DNA from: a virus
Length of the DNA: 59,337 bases
Direction: 5' to 3' (one strand)
Virus record (IMG/VR): IMGVR_UViG_3300045988_133192
Within the stretch, counting starts at the first letter, position 1. The number at the start of each line of letters is the position of its first letter. Below the pieces are notes generated by a model. It saw only the letters and a program-made list of their open reading frames with translations, made no database searches and was not told the origin of the DNA. Both the position numbers and the translations under genes were made by a program. Of the stretch, positions 16,375-26,850 are shown piece after piece.

Positions 16375-17964
16375 TTGGCTACCACAAAGAAACCCCGCAT
16401 CATGCAGGCCAGAATCATCAAGGGCCACGACGCGCCGCCTATCTTGAAGCCCATCGAAAAAGCCGAAGGCACAACTCAGGTCACCGAACAGGAAGCCTTT
16501 AACGCGGGCGACTGGATTGAGCCTCCATTTGAGCTGCAAGGCTTACACGCCCTTGTGACCGAATCGGCCATCCTTCCGCAGTGCATCCGCGCCTACAAGG
16601 ACAACGTCGCCGGTTTCGGAATTGGCGTAAAGTACATCGAAGACATCGAGGAAAACGCTGACGCCGAAGCAGAGTACCGCCGCATGACGCAGATCATCGA
16701 ACTGCTGAACACCGAACAGGACACAAAGGAAGTCTTTGAAGATCTCATCGAAGCCCGCGAAACCTACGGCGTCGCCTATCTCGAAGTCATCCGCAATCTG
16801 GACGGCGATGTGCAACAGATCGAGTTTTTGCACGACACGCCATCCGTCCGTAAAACAAAGCCGCTCGAACCCTATATCAACACGACCTACTATAACCACG
16901 GCGAGCCGGTGCAGCGCAAGAAAAAGTTTTGCAAGTACCGCCAGCAGCTTGGCGGCAAGACCGTCTATTTCAAGGAGTTTGGTGACCCCCGCGTCATGGA
17001 CTGGCGCGACGGCTCATACATCACAGACGACGGCGAGGGCATCCCGCTTGATTACGAAGCGAACGAGATCCTTGAGTTCTCCATCGGCATCCAGCCATAC
17101 GGCGAAGTACGCTGGATAGGCCAAATCCTTGGCGTCGATGGCAGCCGCCGGGCCGAACGCCTGAATAACAACTATTTCATCAACGGCAGGCACACGCCCC
17201 TGATGATTATGATTCAGGGCGGCACCCTCACGAATGAAAGCTACGACAAGCTCACAAAGTATATGGACGACATCAAGGGAGAAGCGGGGCAGCATGCCTT
17301 TATTGTCCTTGAGACGGAATCAACCGACGGCAAGACAGACTTTGATGAGACCGAGAAGCCTAAAATCGAGGTCAAGGATTTGGCATCCATCTTGCAAAAA
17401 GATGAGCTGTTCCAGTCCTACATGGACAACAACAGAAAGAAAGTGCAGTCCGCTTTCCTGTTGCCTGACCTCTATACAGGCTATACGACAGACTTCAATC
17501 GCGCGACCGCACAGACCGCGCAGGAAGTCACCGAGAAGCAGGTTTTCCAGCCGGAGCGCAAAAGCCTTGCATGGGCCATCAATAACCGCCTACTGAACGG
17601 CTACGCCTTTAAGTACGTCGAAGCCTACTTTATGGAGCCGAATATCAGCAACCCGGACGACATCTGCAACGTGATGAACGCTGCAAACGCCGCCGGTGGC
17701 CTGACCCCCAACAAGGCGAAGGAAATACTGTACAAGTACCTTGGCGAAGATTCGGACGACTATGTGGACGACTGGGGCAACGTCCCTCTGTCTATCACGC
17801 AGACCAACAGCAGTAGCGGCTTTGATCTGGGCGGCCTGACGATGGCCCTTGATGGGCAAATCCAGAAAGCCGCCGGAAAGGGCGACGACGCACAGGTCGT
17901 GGCCGTTATGAAAGAAGTGCGTCGCCTGCTGGTTGACCTCAAACAGCAGGAGGACGAGCAGTGA
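16375..17964 (+). CDS. portal protein
   Basis: 529 aa directly after terL. TTG start 9 nt after AAAGGAG. Confidence 0.85.
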   Translation: MATTKKPRIMQARIIKGHDAPPILKPIEKAEGTTQVTEQEAFNAGDWIEPPFELQGLHALVTESAILPQCIRAYKDNVAGFGIGVKYIEDIEENADAEAEYRRMTQIIELLNTEQDTKEVFEDLIEARETYGVAYLEVIRNLDGDVQQIEFLHDTPSVRKTKPLEPYINTTYYNHGEPVQRKKKFCKYRQQLGGKTVYFKEFGDPRVMDWRDGSYITDDGEGIPLDYEANEILEFSIGIQPYGEVRWIGQILGVDGSRRAERLNNNYFINGRHTPLMIMIQGGTLTNESYDKLTKYMDDIKGEAGQHAFIVLETESTDGKTDFDETEKPKIEVKDLASILQKDELFQSYMDNNRKKVQSAFLLPDLYTGYTTDFNRATAQTAQEVTEKQVFQPERKSLAWAINNRLLNGYAFKYVEAYFMEPNISNPDDICNVMNAANAAGGLTPNKAKEILYKYLGEDSDDYVDDWGNVPLSITQTNSSSGFDLGGLTMALDGQIQKAAGKGDDAQVVAVMKEVRRLLVDLKQQEDEQ

Positions 17965-18971
17965 GAAAACGTATCGTCATCCGGCAAAGCTGCTGCGACC
18001 GTCTCACAAAGGCCATAGACGCCTATATCAGAAAGGCCGACAACAACCTGTCCGACCAACTGGGAAAGGAAGGCTATGCGAAACCGAAAAAAACGCTCCA
18101 ATATGCGGAGAGTATCGAGGACGACGTGGCCGACATACTCACCGAGGAAACGGACTATTTTGTCCGAGAAGCTAAAACATCTGGCAGTCTGGAAGATTTT
18201 CAAAAGAAACTCCCGGCCGTAACAGCAGCCACCCCCGCGACCGCCAAATTAAGCAAGACCTTTGCCACCCAGTTAAAAAGGTTCATGCCGGAGTACGCTG
18301 CTTACTACCTCAAGAAAACGGATAAGAGTCTGAAACTTGACCGTGTATCTAAGCGCACAACGGCATGGATTGAAAGCTGGAGCGACGACCTTGCCGACCT
18401 GATGAAAACGACCAGCAAAGCCCAACTCGAAAGCCTGCTGAAAAAAGAGATCAACAACGGCGGCAACATCTCGCAGTTCTGCGTTGATCTCATCAATTCT
18501 GGAATGGAAAAAGAGGGCAAAGGCGAATACTGGACGTCTCACTACCGCGCCCGCCGGGTAGCCGTGACGGAAGTCCTGCGAGCGCACAGCGTCGCGCAGC
18601 AAGAAGCCTTTATGCAGTCCCCGGCGGTCGAAGAAAAGTCTTGGCTGCATACCGGCAACTACCGCAATGAACCCCGGCAGAACCACATCGATATGTCCGG
18701 CCAGACCGTCCCCAAAGGCCAGCCCTTTGAGCTGATCGGCGAGGACGGAATAGTCTACCATCCAATGTACCCGCGTGACGTCAGCCTGCCCGCGGGCGAA
18801 AGCATCAACTGCCACTGCATCCAGCAGCCGGTCGTGTCGGAGGACATCTTGGGGCTGCCACTAGAAGAACGCCAGAAGCTGCAACAGCAGGCCATCGACG
18901 AGATGGACGACGACTGGGAAGCCGAACTGGATGCACGAAACAAGGCGAAAGCCGGAATCGAGGACGAATAA
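17961..18971 (+). CDS. Mu F / SPP1 gp7-like minor head protein
   Basis: YRARRVAVTEVLRAHSVAQQEAF ... NHIDMSGQTVP motif region; follows the portal gene. Confidence 0.8.
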   Translation: MRKRIVIRQSCCDRLTKAIDAYIRKADNNLSDQLGKEGYAKPKKTLQYAESIEDDVADILTEETDYFVREAKTSGSLEDFQKKLPAVTAATPATAKLSKTFATQLKRFMPEYAAYYLKKTDKSLKLDRVSKRTTAWIESWSDDLADLMKTTSKAQLESLLKKEINNGGNISQFCVDLINSGMEKEGKGEYWTSHYRARRVAVTEVLRAHSVAQQEAFMQSPAVEEKSWLHTGNYRNEPRQNHIDMSGQTVPKGQPFELIGEDGIVYHPMYPRDVSLPAGESINCHCIQQPVVSEDILGLPLEERQKLQQQAIDEMDDDWEAELDARNKAKAGIEDE

Positions 18972-18973
18972 AC

Positions 18974-19228
18974 ATGATCGTAACCATTGATGAATCCCGC
19001 GTAGCCTATCCCAGCATCAAGCTGGATTCTATGGAGCTGTCCCACATGATCAGGTCTTACACCCTGCACCATGCCGTTGATGAAGCCCCCACTCTGGAGC
19101 TGGAGCTTTTGCCCGGCACCAATCTGGCCGAGGTTAAGGCCATTCTGAATAACCCGAATGTAACCATCATCCCGCCCGCTGCAATGACGGACGAAGTGAC
19201 CGAAACCCCGGCAGAATCCAATACATGA
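18974..19228 (+). CDS. hypothetical protein (84 aa)
   Basis: Coupled to the upstream gene; followed by terminator 19233-19256. Confidence 0.55.
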   Translation: MIVTIDESRVAYPSIKLDSMELSHMIRSYTLHHAVDEAPTLELELLPGTNLAEVKAILNNPNVTIIPPAAMTDEVTETPAESNT

Positions 19229-19232
19229 TAAT

Positions 19233-19256
19233 GAGCAGCGGAAACGCTGCTTTTTA
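19233..19256 (+). terminator. Rho-independent terminator
   Basis: agcagcg-gaaa-cgctgct followed by ttttt. Confidence 0.8.
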
Positions 19257-19290
19257 TATTGCCTGAAACACAGGAAAAGGAGGTGAGAGA

Positions 19291-20775
19291 ATGGCACAAC
19301 CTGTAAAAAAGGCATACGAAATCACGAACGCGAAAATCTCGTTTGTGTCCCTTGTCGATAAGGCTGCCAACAAACGGCCCTTTTTGATCGTCAAAGAGCA
19401 GGGCAAGAAAGCCTTTACCACCCGCGGCAGAATCATCAAAGCCGACAGCGAATCCCATTTTGTGACCGGCGTCGTCTATGAACCTATGGTTGAGGACGCG
19501 CACGGCAACTATATGACCGCCGATGAAATCCAGAAAGCGGCGTACTGGTTTGCCAAAAACGGAAACAAGGTGGACTTGCAGCACAACTTTGTTTCTGCCG
19601 AGGGAACTGCCGTGGTCGAAAGCTGGATTGCAAAATCCGATACCGACATCAACGGCGAAACGGTCAAGGCTGGCACTTGGCTTATGACCGTCGAAATCAA
19701 GGACGACGACCTCTGGCAGTCCATCGAAAAAGGCGAGCTGACCGGGCTGTCCATGGGCGGCCTTGGAGACTTTTCACAGGAGGACACGAATTTGAGCATC
19801 ACCGATGAAACCGTAACCAAAGCACAGGGCAAAATCCAGAAAGGCAAGATGGCCGACAGCTACAAGGCTGCGAATATCAGTTCCAGCTTTTGGAACGCTT
19901 TCGATTCCCTGCGCAACTGCCTGTACTCCTACAACGGCTATACAGGCACATACACCTACCAGACCGACAGCGACGCCATCAAGGACGCACTGGCCGACTT
20001 CAACCAGATCATTACCGATCTGTTGACCGACGCAACCAGCAGCGAACCGCTGGCAAAGTCTCTGTTCGCCTGCAACCCCACACCCGAAAAGGGCCGAATC
20101 GAAAAGGCCGGCCGCAGCTTGAGCGCAAAGAACCGCGAAACTTTACAGGGCGTCTATGACAGCCTTGGCACGTTCCTTGCGTCCTTTGATGCAGACCCGG
20201 ACAAAGACAAGCCAGGCGGCGATACCGGCACCACAGACGCCGACGGACAGCAGGACGACAGCACCGGCAGCAAAAAGCAGAAGTCTGACAAAAAAACCTC
20301 TACCGAAGCAGCACAGGACGCCGCCGCCAACAAAACCGACGACCCCGATGATAAGTCGGGCGACGATACATCCACCGATAAAACCACATCCAGCAAGGAG
20401 GGCAAAACCATGACTAAGAGCGAAGCCGAAAAGATTGTGCAGGACGCCATTGCGAAAGTACTTGGCGAAAAGCAGCAGGCCGAGCAGACCCCGTCTGATA
20501 CCCAGATCAAAAAGGCAGCAGGCGAGGAGATCACCGCGGACTTTATCCAGAAAGCCGTCGATGCAGCCGTCAAAAAGGCATTGCAGCCGGAAGAGGAAAA
20601 GCCCCTCACCAAAGCCGAAGCCGAGCAGTTCATCGATCGGCTCGTTGCAAAGGCCGTTTCCGCATCCGTGACCGCTGTCCGCAGCAGCCGCGGCAACCCC
20701 ACCAACCTGAACGGCACCGCATCCGGCACCGTTGAGAAGTCTGCCGAGCAGCACTATCTGCACGGCATCCTGTAA
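19291..20775 (+). CDS. XkdF-like prohead protease fused to a scaffold-like low-complexity region
   Basis: SFVSLVDKAANKRPFLIVKE ... LTGLSMGG N-domain, then a long D/K/T/A-rich helical C-terminal half. Confidence 0.75.
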   Translation: MAQPVKKAYEITNAKISFVSLVDKAANKRPFLIVKEQGKKAFTTRGRIIKADSESHFVTGVVYEPMVEDAHGNYMTADEIQKAAYWFAKNGNKVDLQHNFVSAEGTAVVESWIAKSDTDINGETVKAGTWLMTVEIKDDDLWQSIEKGELTGLSMGGLGDFSQEDTNLSITDETVTKAQGKIQKGKMADSYKAANISSSFWNAFDSLRNCLYSYNGYTGTYTYQTDSDAIKDALADFNQIITDLLTDATSSEPLAKSLFACNPTPEKGRIEKAGRSLSAKNRETLQGVYDSLGTFLASFDADPDKDKPGGDTGTTDADGQQDDSTGSKKQKSDKKTSTEAAQDAAANKTDDPDDKSGDDTSTDKTTSSKEGKTMTKSEAEKIVQDAIAKVLGEKQQAEQTPSDTQIKKAAGEEITADFIQKAVDAAVKKALQPEEEKPLTKAEAEQFIDRLVAKAVSASVTAVRSSRGNPTNLNGTASGTVEKSAEQHYLHGIL

Positions 20776-20795
20776 CAGAAAGGGAGGAAAAAACA

Positions 20796-21854
20796 ATGGC
20801 ATTTTCTATTGAGGACATCGTTCGCAAGGCCATCAATACCGGCAACTTTACCCCCAGTTCTGGCGCGGGCATCCTGAGCAGCGAGCAGGCCCGCAAGTTC
20901 ATCCAGCAGACTTTCGACGCCACCGTTCTGGGCGGTCTGGTACGTCACGAAATGCGCAGCGCAAAGGCCGGTGAGATTGATAAGATCGGCATCGCGTCCC
21001 GCATCCTGCGTGAAAAGACCGAGGACACCGACGACGGCTACCGCGCAGGCGTGAATACCGCCTCTATCAAGTATTCCTGCACCGACGTTCGCCTGCCTTG
21101 GGAGATCACCGAAGAAACCCTGCGCGAGAACATCGAAGGCCAGAACCTTGAAGCCATCATCACCAATCTGATGACCACCCAGATGGGCATTGACACCGTT
21201 GACCTGTACCTGAACGGCGACGAGAAGTTCGCAAAGGTCAAGGCTTTCAGCACCGGCACCACCTACCAGAAAGGCGACCTGGTATCTAACGGTGGCAAGG
21301 TCTACGAGTTCACCGCGCAGCACAGCGCAGGCGCATGGACTGGCAGCGATGCAACCGAGCTGGGCACCACCGGCGATGCCGACTTCCTGAAGGTCAACGA
21401 CGGCTGGATCAAGCAGCTTGTGAACGGTGCTCATGTCGTGGACGGCCAGAACGCCGGTATGAAGCTGGATACGTTCTATAACGCGGTACACGCCCTGCCG
21501 AACAAATACAACAATGGCAAACTGCGCTGGCTCATGTCTCCCCACCGTGCGCAGGAGTGGGAGCTGTCTCTGCTGAACAAGGTCATTGAGCAGGGCGGCG
21601 CGGTGCCTGAATCCGTCTACAACAGCCCGGTAAAGATTCCGGTCGTCGAGTGTCCCTCTCTGGACGACGATAAGATCATCCTGACCGACCCGAAGAACCT
21701 GATCGTCGTCAACACCTACAACACCAAAATCCGCAAGACCGTCGAGGGCAAAGAAGCTATTATGAAGGACAAGCGTTTCTACGTCGTCCATTTCGACTTT
21801 GACGCCATCATCGAGGAGCTGGACGCCGCCGCCATCATCACCAACATCAAGTGA
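20796..21854 (+). CDS. major capsid protein
   Basis: 352 aa directly after the protease/scaffold gene; strong RBS GGGAGG. Confidence 0.8.
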   Translation: MAFSIEDIVRKAINTGNFTPSSGAGILSSEQARKFIQQTFDATVLGGLVRHEMRSAKAGEIDKIGIASRILREKTEDTDDGYRAGVNTASIKYSCTDVRLPWEITEETLRENIEGQNLEAIITNLMTTQMGIDTVDLYLNGDEKFAKVKAFSTGTTYQKGDLVSNGGKVYEFTAQHSAGAWTGSDATELGTTGDADFLKVNDGWIKQLVNGAHVVDGQNAGMKLDTFYNAVHALPNKYNNGKLRWLMSPHRAQEWELSLLNKVIEQGGAVPESVYNSPVKIPVVECPSLDDDKIILTDPKNLIVVNTYNTKIRKTVEGKEAIMKDKRFYVVHFDFDAIIEELDAAAIITNIK

Positions 21855-21892
21855 TCTGACCCGCAGCATAAACAGAAAGGCAGGAAAACAGA

Positions 21893-22312
21893 ATGACGTA
21901 CCACCTCAGACTGAAAAACGCTATGTCCTACACTGGCGTGGTCAATGCCACGCGGGAGGAACCCGATGTTTTTACCGCAGATGAAGCCATCAAAGCCGCC
22001 GCCCTGCGCAGCGGCTACTTTGATCTGGTCGATGTTCTGGCTGAACAGGACACGGCCGCCCCCGCTGACGCCGACACCATCCCGCTGACCCCGGCAGGGG
22101 AGCAGGCCGACGATGGCAGCACCCCGGCCACCCTTGACCGGGCCTACCTCGAAAGCCTGTCCTTTGCCGAGCTGAAGCGTCTGGCAAATGACATGGACGT
22201 CCCGGTCACGAAGACCACGAAAAAGGCCGAGCTAATCGACACGCTGGCCGCCGAGACCGTCACCGTCCCGGCAGAAGCCGACGACACCGAGCCGGATTTT
22301 GGGGAGGTCTGA
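21893..22312 (+). CDS. head-associated protein with SAP/Rho-N-like motif
   Basis: LSFAELKRLANDMDVPVTKTTKKAELIDTLA. Confidence 0.55.
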   Translation: MTYHLRLKNAMSYTGVVNATREEPDVFTADEAIKAAALRSGYFDLVDVLAEQDTAAPADADTIPLTPAGEQADDGSTPATLDRAYLESLSFAELKRLANDMDVPVTKTTKKAELIDTLAAETVTVPAEADDTEPDFGEV

Positions 22313-22315
22313 CCC

Positions 22316-22705
22316 ATGCCCGCACGTCCTTGGATAACCCCGGAGCAGGTGCGTGAATACTCCGAAACGCCGGAAGTCGTCGCACGGACGGACACAAAGC
22401 TGACCGTGGACATCTCCCGCGCTGAACAGTACATCCTGACCTACACCCACAACAAGGAACTGCTGGACATGGACGAGCTGCCGGAGAGCGTCAAGACCGC
22501 CTGCATCCTGCTGGCCGAAGCCTACGCCCACAATGCCGCGCTGACGTCCTCTAAAACGCTGAAATCCGAAACCTTTGACGATTACAGCTATTCGGCCGAT
22601 CATTCGGACATCGAAGTCCGCAACCTCGATCTGGCCGCCCTGCTGGACGACTACGTCGTGGCAGCAGCCAACGGCACAGTCACCATGCGTATGCGGCGGC
22701 TGTAA
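22316..22705 (+). CDS. gp6-like head-tail connector
   Basis: ITPEQVREYS...DISRAEQYILTYT pattern and position. Confidence 0.7.
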   Translation: MPARPWITPEQVREYSETPEVVARTDTKLTVDISRAEQYILTYTHNKELLDMDELPESVKTACILLAEAYAHNAALTSSKTLKSETFDDYSYSADHSDIEVRNLDLAALLDDYVVAAANGTVTMRMRRL

Positions 22706-22716
22706 GGGGGTACAAC

Positions 22717-23082
22717 ATGGCATTTGAACAATTTCTCAACGACCTGTGCGACATCTACCATGTGCAGAAAGACACAGGCTCCCCCGGCTATGGCCTGAAC
22801 AAACAGCCGACCTTTTCCTACCCGGCAGAGCCGGACGTCCCCGGCATCGCCTGTCATTTCGGCGTCAAGAGCGAAAGCACATCCATCAACCAGACCGCCC
22901 CGGTCAACGTCAAGGAATCCCGCATCAAGCTGACCCTGCCCACCGGGACGGACGTGCGCCTGAACGATAAGATCATCGACAAGAAGAACGGCTATGAGTA
23001 CATCGCGGAAATCCCGCACGACGTCCACGGCCACCACATTTTTGTCTATGTCACCGCAAAGGGCCAGCAGAGGTATTTGTGA
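22717..23082 (+). CDS. head closure / head-tail adaptor protein
   Basis: Size and position. Confidence 0.55.
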   Translation: MAFEQFLNDLCDIYHVQKDTGSPGYGLNKQPTFSYPAEPDVPGIACHFGVKSESTSINQTAPVNVKESRIKLTLPTGTDVRLNDKIIDKKNGYEYIAEIPHDVHGHHIFVYVTAKGQQRYL

Positions 23083-23597
23083 TGGCGACCGTCAACGTGG
23101 ACGTTTCCGAATTTCGCGCCTTTTTTCAAAAGATGGGCAAAGCCGCATCCGGGGATTTTAAGCGCGAAATGGAGCTTTTCTTGGAGGGCCTTGGCAATGA
23201 GTTCTTGCGCATCCTGCAAGACGAAATTGTCCGACGAAAGGTCATGGACACCCGCCAACTGCTGGCGTCCTTTGAAAAAGGGGAGCAGGGCAACGTCTGG
23301 GAGCTGTCCGACGGCGACCTGACGCTTGAGGTTGGCACCAACGTCGATTATGCGTCCTACGTCAATGACGGCCACTGGACAAACCCCAAAGGCGTACAGT
23401 ACCGCTTTGTCCCCGGCTATTGGCTGGACGATGGCCGCTTTATCTACGACCCATCCGCAGAGGGCGGCATGGTGCTGAAACAACACTGGGTCGAGGGCAA
23501 GCACTACTGGGAAAGCGCGTTGCGCATCCTCGACAAGATGATGCCCGACCTGCTGGACGCAAAGCTCCAAACTTGGCTTGATGAATATTTCGAGTAA
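23079..23597 (+). CDS. HK97 gp10-like tail-component protein
   Basis: N-terminal VDVSEFRAFFQKMGKAA...LEGLGNEFLRILQDEI pattern; position. Confidence 0.65.
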   Translation: MMATVNVDVSEFRAFFQKMGKAASGDFKREMELFLEGLGNEFLRILQDEIVRRKVMDTRQLLASFEKGEQGNVWELSDGDLTLEVGTNVDYASYVNDGHWTNPKGVQYRFVPGYWLDDGRFIYDPSAEGGMVLKQHWVEGKHYWESALRILDKMMPDLLDAKLQTWLDEYFE

Positions 23598-23632
23598 TCG
23601 ACTTTCCAGCACCGGGAAGTCGATTTCATTTT
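23597..23632 (+). terminator. hairpin plus T-run terminator
   Basis: atcgactttcc...gggaagtcgat followed by tttcatttt. Confidence 0.6.
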
Positions 23633-23691
23633 GCCATCATGCCAGTTTTGGGGCCATCTGACCGAACGAAACCCACAAAAAAGGAGAACTC

Positions 23692-24243
23692 ATGCTGGAA
23701 CAGGACTTAGCCAGCATCATGCGTTTTCTGACCGAAAAGAGCGGCAGCCCCGCGCCGTACTACAACAACGTGCCTGAACAGTTCCGCATCCCGGCGGTCT
23801 ACTTTCCCCGGCCGGAGATCGGCAGCAGCGGCGACACGCTGAACACCTACGCGCTGGATTTTTCCCTTTTCGTCAAATTCTTTCACCGCACGAAAGAGGA
23901 CGCATACGAGCTTGGCTACACAGCCCTGAACGCCCTGCTGGAACGTCGCAACAGAATCCCGCTGATCGACGAATCCGGCAAGCCGACAGGGAAGTATATC
24001 CGCATCCGCGACCCCACCCTGCGGGCTGTGGACGAAAGCGCGGTACAGCTGCAAATCGACTGGACAGCCCGAAAGCCGTTTGCAGTCGAACCCGAAACCC
24101 TGATGCAGACCTATGAAATCAAGGACTGGCACGAGCCGGACATCTACGTCACCCGGCGTATTGAAACGGCTTTCGGCGCAGCGGTCAAGAGCTGCACTGT
24201 CAGCTACCCGCACCCCGATTTCACAGGCCAGCATCCGAAATGA
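23692..24243 (+). CDS. tail completion / tail terminator-like protein
   Basis: Position upstream of the sheath gene; 183 aa. Confidence 0.5.
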   Translation: MLEQDLASIMRFLTEKSGSPAPYYNNVPEQFRIPAVYFPRPEIGSSGDTLNTYALDFSLFVKFFHRTKEDAYELGYTALNALLERRNRIPLIDESGKPTGKYIRIRDPTLRAVDESAVQLQIDWTARKPFAVEPETLMQTYEIKDWHEPDIYVTRRIETAFGAAVKSCTVSYPHPDFTGQHPK

Positions 24244-24258
24244 TACAGGAGGCTTTAT

Positions 24259-24453
24259 ATGGCAACCAAAGCAACCTCTGAGCAGGCAGCGGTGAAGTTC
24301 CCGCTGGAATCCCTGCGTAAGAACTGCCGCGCAGTCTTTGGCGTTTCTGCCTGCACCTTTGCAGGCGCGACCGCCGACCTGCCCGACGGTGAGTACACCA
24401 AAGAAGACGTGCAGGCCCGCATCGACGAGTGGGCCGCAAAGGAGGTCAAATAA
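24259..24453 (+). CDS. hypothetical protein (64 aa)
   Basis: AGGAGG RBS; its stop overlaps the sheath start (TAATG). Confidence 0.55.
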   Translation: MATKATSEQAAVKFPLESLRKNCRAVFGVSACTFAGATADLPDGEYTKEDVQARIDEWAAKEVK

Positions 24454-25796
24454 TGGCAGGTGGCAAGTTTGACAAGCTGGCCGGTAAGACCCGGCCCGGT
24501 ACTTACATCAATTTTCAGAGTGAGCGCACCGATACCGTCGGCACCAGTGAGCGCGGTACTACCATCATCCCGCTGATGAAGCCCGCCTACGGCCCTGCTG
24601 GCTCCTACATCGAGCTGACCAACGCTGGCCCGGATACAGCCTATGACAAGCTGGGCTTTAGCGTCTACGACAGCGACGCCAACCGCCAGATGCTGCTGAT
24701 CCGCGAAGCGTTCAAGAACGCAAGCAAGGTGCTGGTCTACATCGTCAAGGAGGGCACGAAAGCCAGTGCAAAGAACGCATCCGCGCCCACCCTGACCGCC
24801 ACCGCCAAATATGGCGGCACTCGCGGCAACTCTCTGACCGTCAACGTCACCGCCAACCCGGTGGCAGGTTTTGACGTCACCGTCAGTCTGGCAGGCAACA
24901 CCGTCGCGTTCTACGAGGGCCTGTCCACCGTGGCCGACCTGATCGATCAGAACTGCGAGTACGTCACCTTTACCGGCACTGGCGCACTGGCAGCCGTCGC
25001 CGCGATGAACCTCACCGGCGGCACGGACGCCACCCCGCAGAACTCCGACGTCACCGCATTTCTGGACACGCTGGAGGGCGTCAAGTTCAACACCGTCGCC
25101 ATTCCCACCACCGACAGCAGCTTGCAGGCGGCCATCAAGACGAAGATCAAGTATCTGCGCGAGAACATGGGCCGTGGTGTGCAGGCAGTCGTCCCGCACT
25201 TTGCGGCCGACTATGAGGGCATTATCTCCGTGGAGAATGGCTACTCCATCGGCGACGATAACCTGTCCGCTGCTGAAGCCTGCGCATGGGCGGCAGGCGC
25301 GACCGCTGGCGCATCCTACACCGAAAGCCTGACCTATAAGGCGGTCGATGGCGCAACCGGCCTGAACCCCGCTCTGACCCATGAGGAGTATGTGGCCGCT
25401 ATCAACGCGGGCCATTTCGCTTTCTCTGTGTCCGAAGAGAATAAGATCATCGCCGAGTACGACATCAACAGCCTGACCAGCTTTAAGCAGCCGAAGGATG
25501 AAACCTACCGCAAAAACCGCGTCATCCGCGTTCTGGACACGTTCCAGGAATCCGTGCAGCTCAACTTCCCGCCGAACAAGTACGCCAACAGCGCGGTCGG
25601 CTGGGACATCATGGAGGGCGTCGGCAAGTCTATCCTGAAGCAGTTCGAGGACGTCGGCGCAATCACCAACGTGGACTATGACGCGGACTTCCTTGTTGAC
25701 CGCACCGCATCCTACGGCGACAAGACCTATTTCGACGTCAATTTGCAGCCTGTGGACAGTGCCGAAAAGCTGTTCTTCACCGTCCACACCCACTAA
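24453..25796 (+). CDS. contractile tail sheath protein (XkdK-like)
   Basis: MAGGKFDKLAGKTRPGTYINF N-terminus; 447 aa; followed by the tube gene. Confidence 0.9.
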   Translation: MAGGKFDKLAGKTRPGTYINFQSERTDTVGTSERGTTIIPLMKPAYGPAGSYIELTNAGPDTAYDKLGFSVYDSDANRQMLLIREAFKNASKVLVYIVKEGTKASAKNASAPTLTATAKYGGTRGNSLTVNVTANPVAGFDVTVSLAGNTVAFYEGLSTVADLIDQNCEYVTFTGTGALAAVAAMNLTGGTDATPQNSDVTAFLDTLEGVKFNTVAIPTTDSSLQAAIKTKIKYLRENMGRGVQAVVPHFAADYEGIISVENGYSIGDDNLSAAEACAWAAGATAGASYTESLTYKAVDGATGLNPALTHEEYVAAINAGHFAFSVSEENKIIAEYDINSLTSFKQPKDETYRKNRVIRVLDTFQESVQLNFPPNKYANSAVGWDIMEGVGKSILKQFEDVGAITNVDYDADFLVDRTASYGDKTYFDVNLQPVDSAEKLFFTVHTH

Positions 25797-25815
25797 GCGG
25801 AAAGGAGCATAAATC

Positions 25816-26244
25816 ATGGATTTTAACACCCGCCCGATCTCTATCCGTCAGGGTAAAATCTTCATCGACGGCGTCGAAGCCGCCGATTCCGTCAGCGCGA
25901 CCGGCACTTTTACCCCCGACACTTGGAGCGGCAAGCAGCTGGGCGACTACTCCAACAGCACCCGCTGGCTGGGCTACAACATCACCGTTGCCCTGTCCCG
26001 CCACCGCTCTAACCCTTGGATTAAAGAGGTCATCAAGAAGTATCAGGGAACCCATAAGACCCCGGAGATCACCATTCAGGGCATTATGGACGACTGCGAT
26101 TCCGACTTCTTTGACAAGTACGGCAACGACGTCTGTACCTTTGTCGGCTGCGTCCCGACCGGCGCAATGTCGCTGACCGCTCTGGACAGCAACGGCGACA
26201 TTGTCACCGACAGCCTGACCTTTAACGCCCGCGACTTCATCTAA
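25816..26244 (+). CDS. tail tube protein (XkdM-like)
   Basis: 142 aa after the sheath gene. Confidence 0.8.
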   Translation: MDFNTRPISIRQGKIFIDGVEAADSVSATGTFTPDTWSGKQLGDYSNSTRWLGYNITVALSRHRSNPWIKEVIKKYQGTHKTPEITIQGIMDDCDSDFFDKYGNDVCTFVGCVPTGAMSLTALDSNGDIVTDSLTFNARDFI

Positions 26245-26314
26245 GCCGCCACAGCGGTGAAAAAGGGCGATTTTTACCGCTGTGAAAACATCATAACAAC
26301 GAACTGAATGTAAA

Positions 26315-26365
26315 CCCGCCCCTTTTGACGAATCACGTTTGAAAGGGACGGGCTTTTCTTTTTAT
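26315..26365 (+). terminator. Rho-independent terminator after sheath/tube
   Basis: cccgcccctttt...aaagggacgggc stem (1 mismatch) followed by ttttcttttt. Confidence 0.7.
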
Positions 26366-26379
26366 GGAGGTTTTACGAT

Positions 26380-26850
26380 ATGGCTACTGCAAACAAGAAT
26401 CTGAAGTTTTTCATGCGTCCCAAGCAGGAGGAAACCGTCACCTTTACCGGCCCCGAATCCTTTAAGGACGACGACGGCAACACCCTTGAATTTGAGGTCA
26501 AGGTGCTGTCCCAGCAGGAGATCGACAAGATCAACAACATCTACCGCAAGCGCAGCATCGCCACCGACAAAAAGGGCAACCCGCTGGTCAACGGTGGCGA
26601 AGTCGTCTGGAAGACCGAGCGCGACAACGCCCGCGCCCTGCGCCACATCATCGTGGCCGCGCTGGTCTATCCGAAGCTGGACGACAAGGAGCTGATGGGC
26701 TACTACAACTGCGTGGACATCACCGAAATGCCCCTGCACGTTTTCAGCCATCACGGTGAGTACGACTACGTCGCCCAGCGCGTCATGCAGGCCCTTGGCA
26801 TGATCGAAGCCCCGGATGGGGACGACACTCTGGAAGCTGCAAAAAACTGA
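26380..26850 (+). CDS. tail assembly chaperone (XkdN-like), 0-frame product
   Basis: Position before the tape measure gene. Ends ...GCA AAA AAC TGA, with the slippery site at 26841-26847. Confidence 0.8.
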   Translation: MATANKNLKFFMRPKQEETVTFTGPESFKDDDGNTLEFEVKVLSQQEIDKINNIYRKRSIATDKKGNPLVNGGEVVWKTERDNARALRHIIVAALVYPKLDDKELMGYYNCVDITEMPLHVFSHHGEYDYVAQRVMQALGMIEAPDGDDTLEAAKN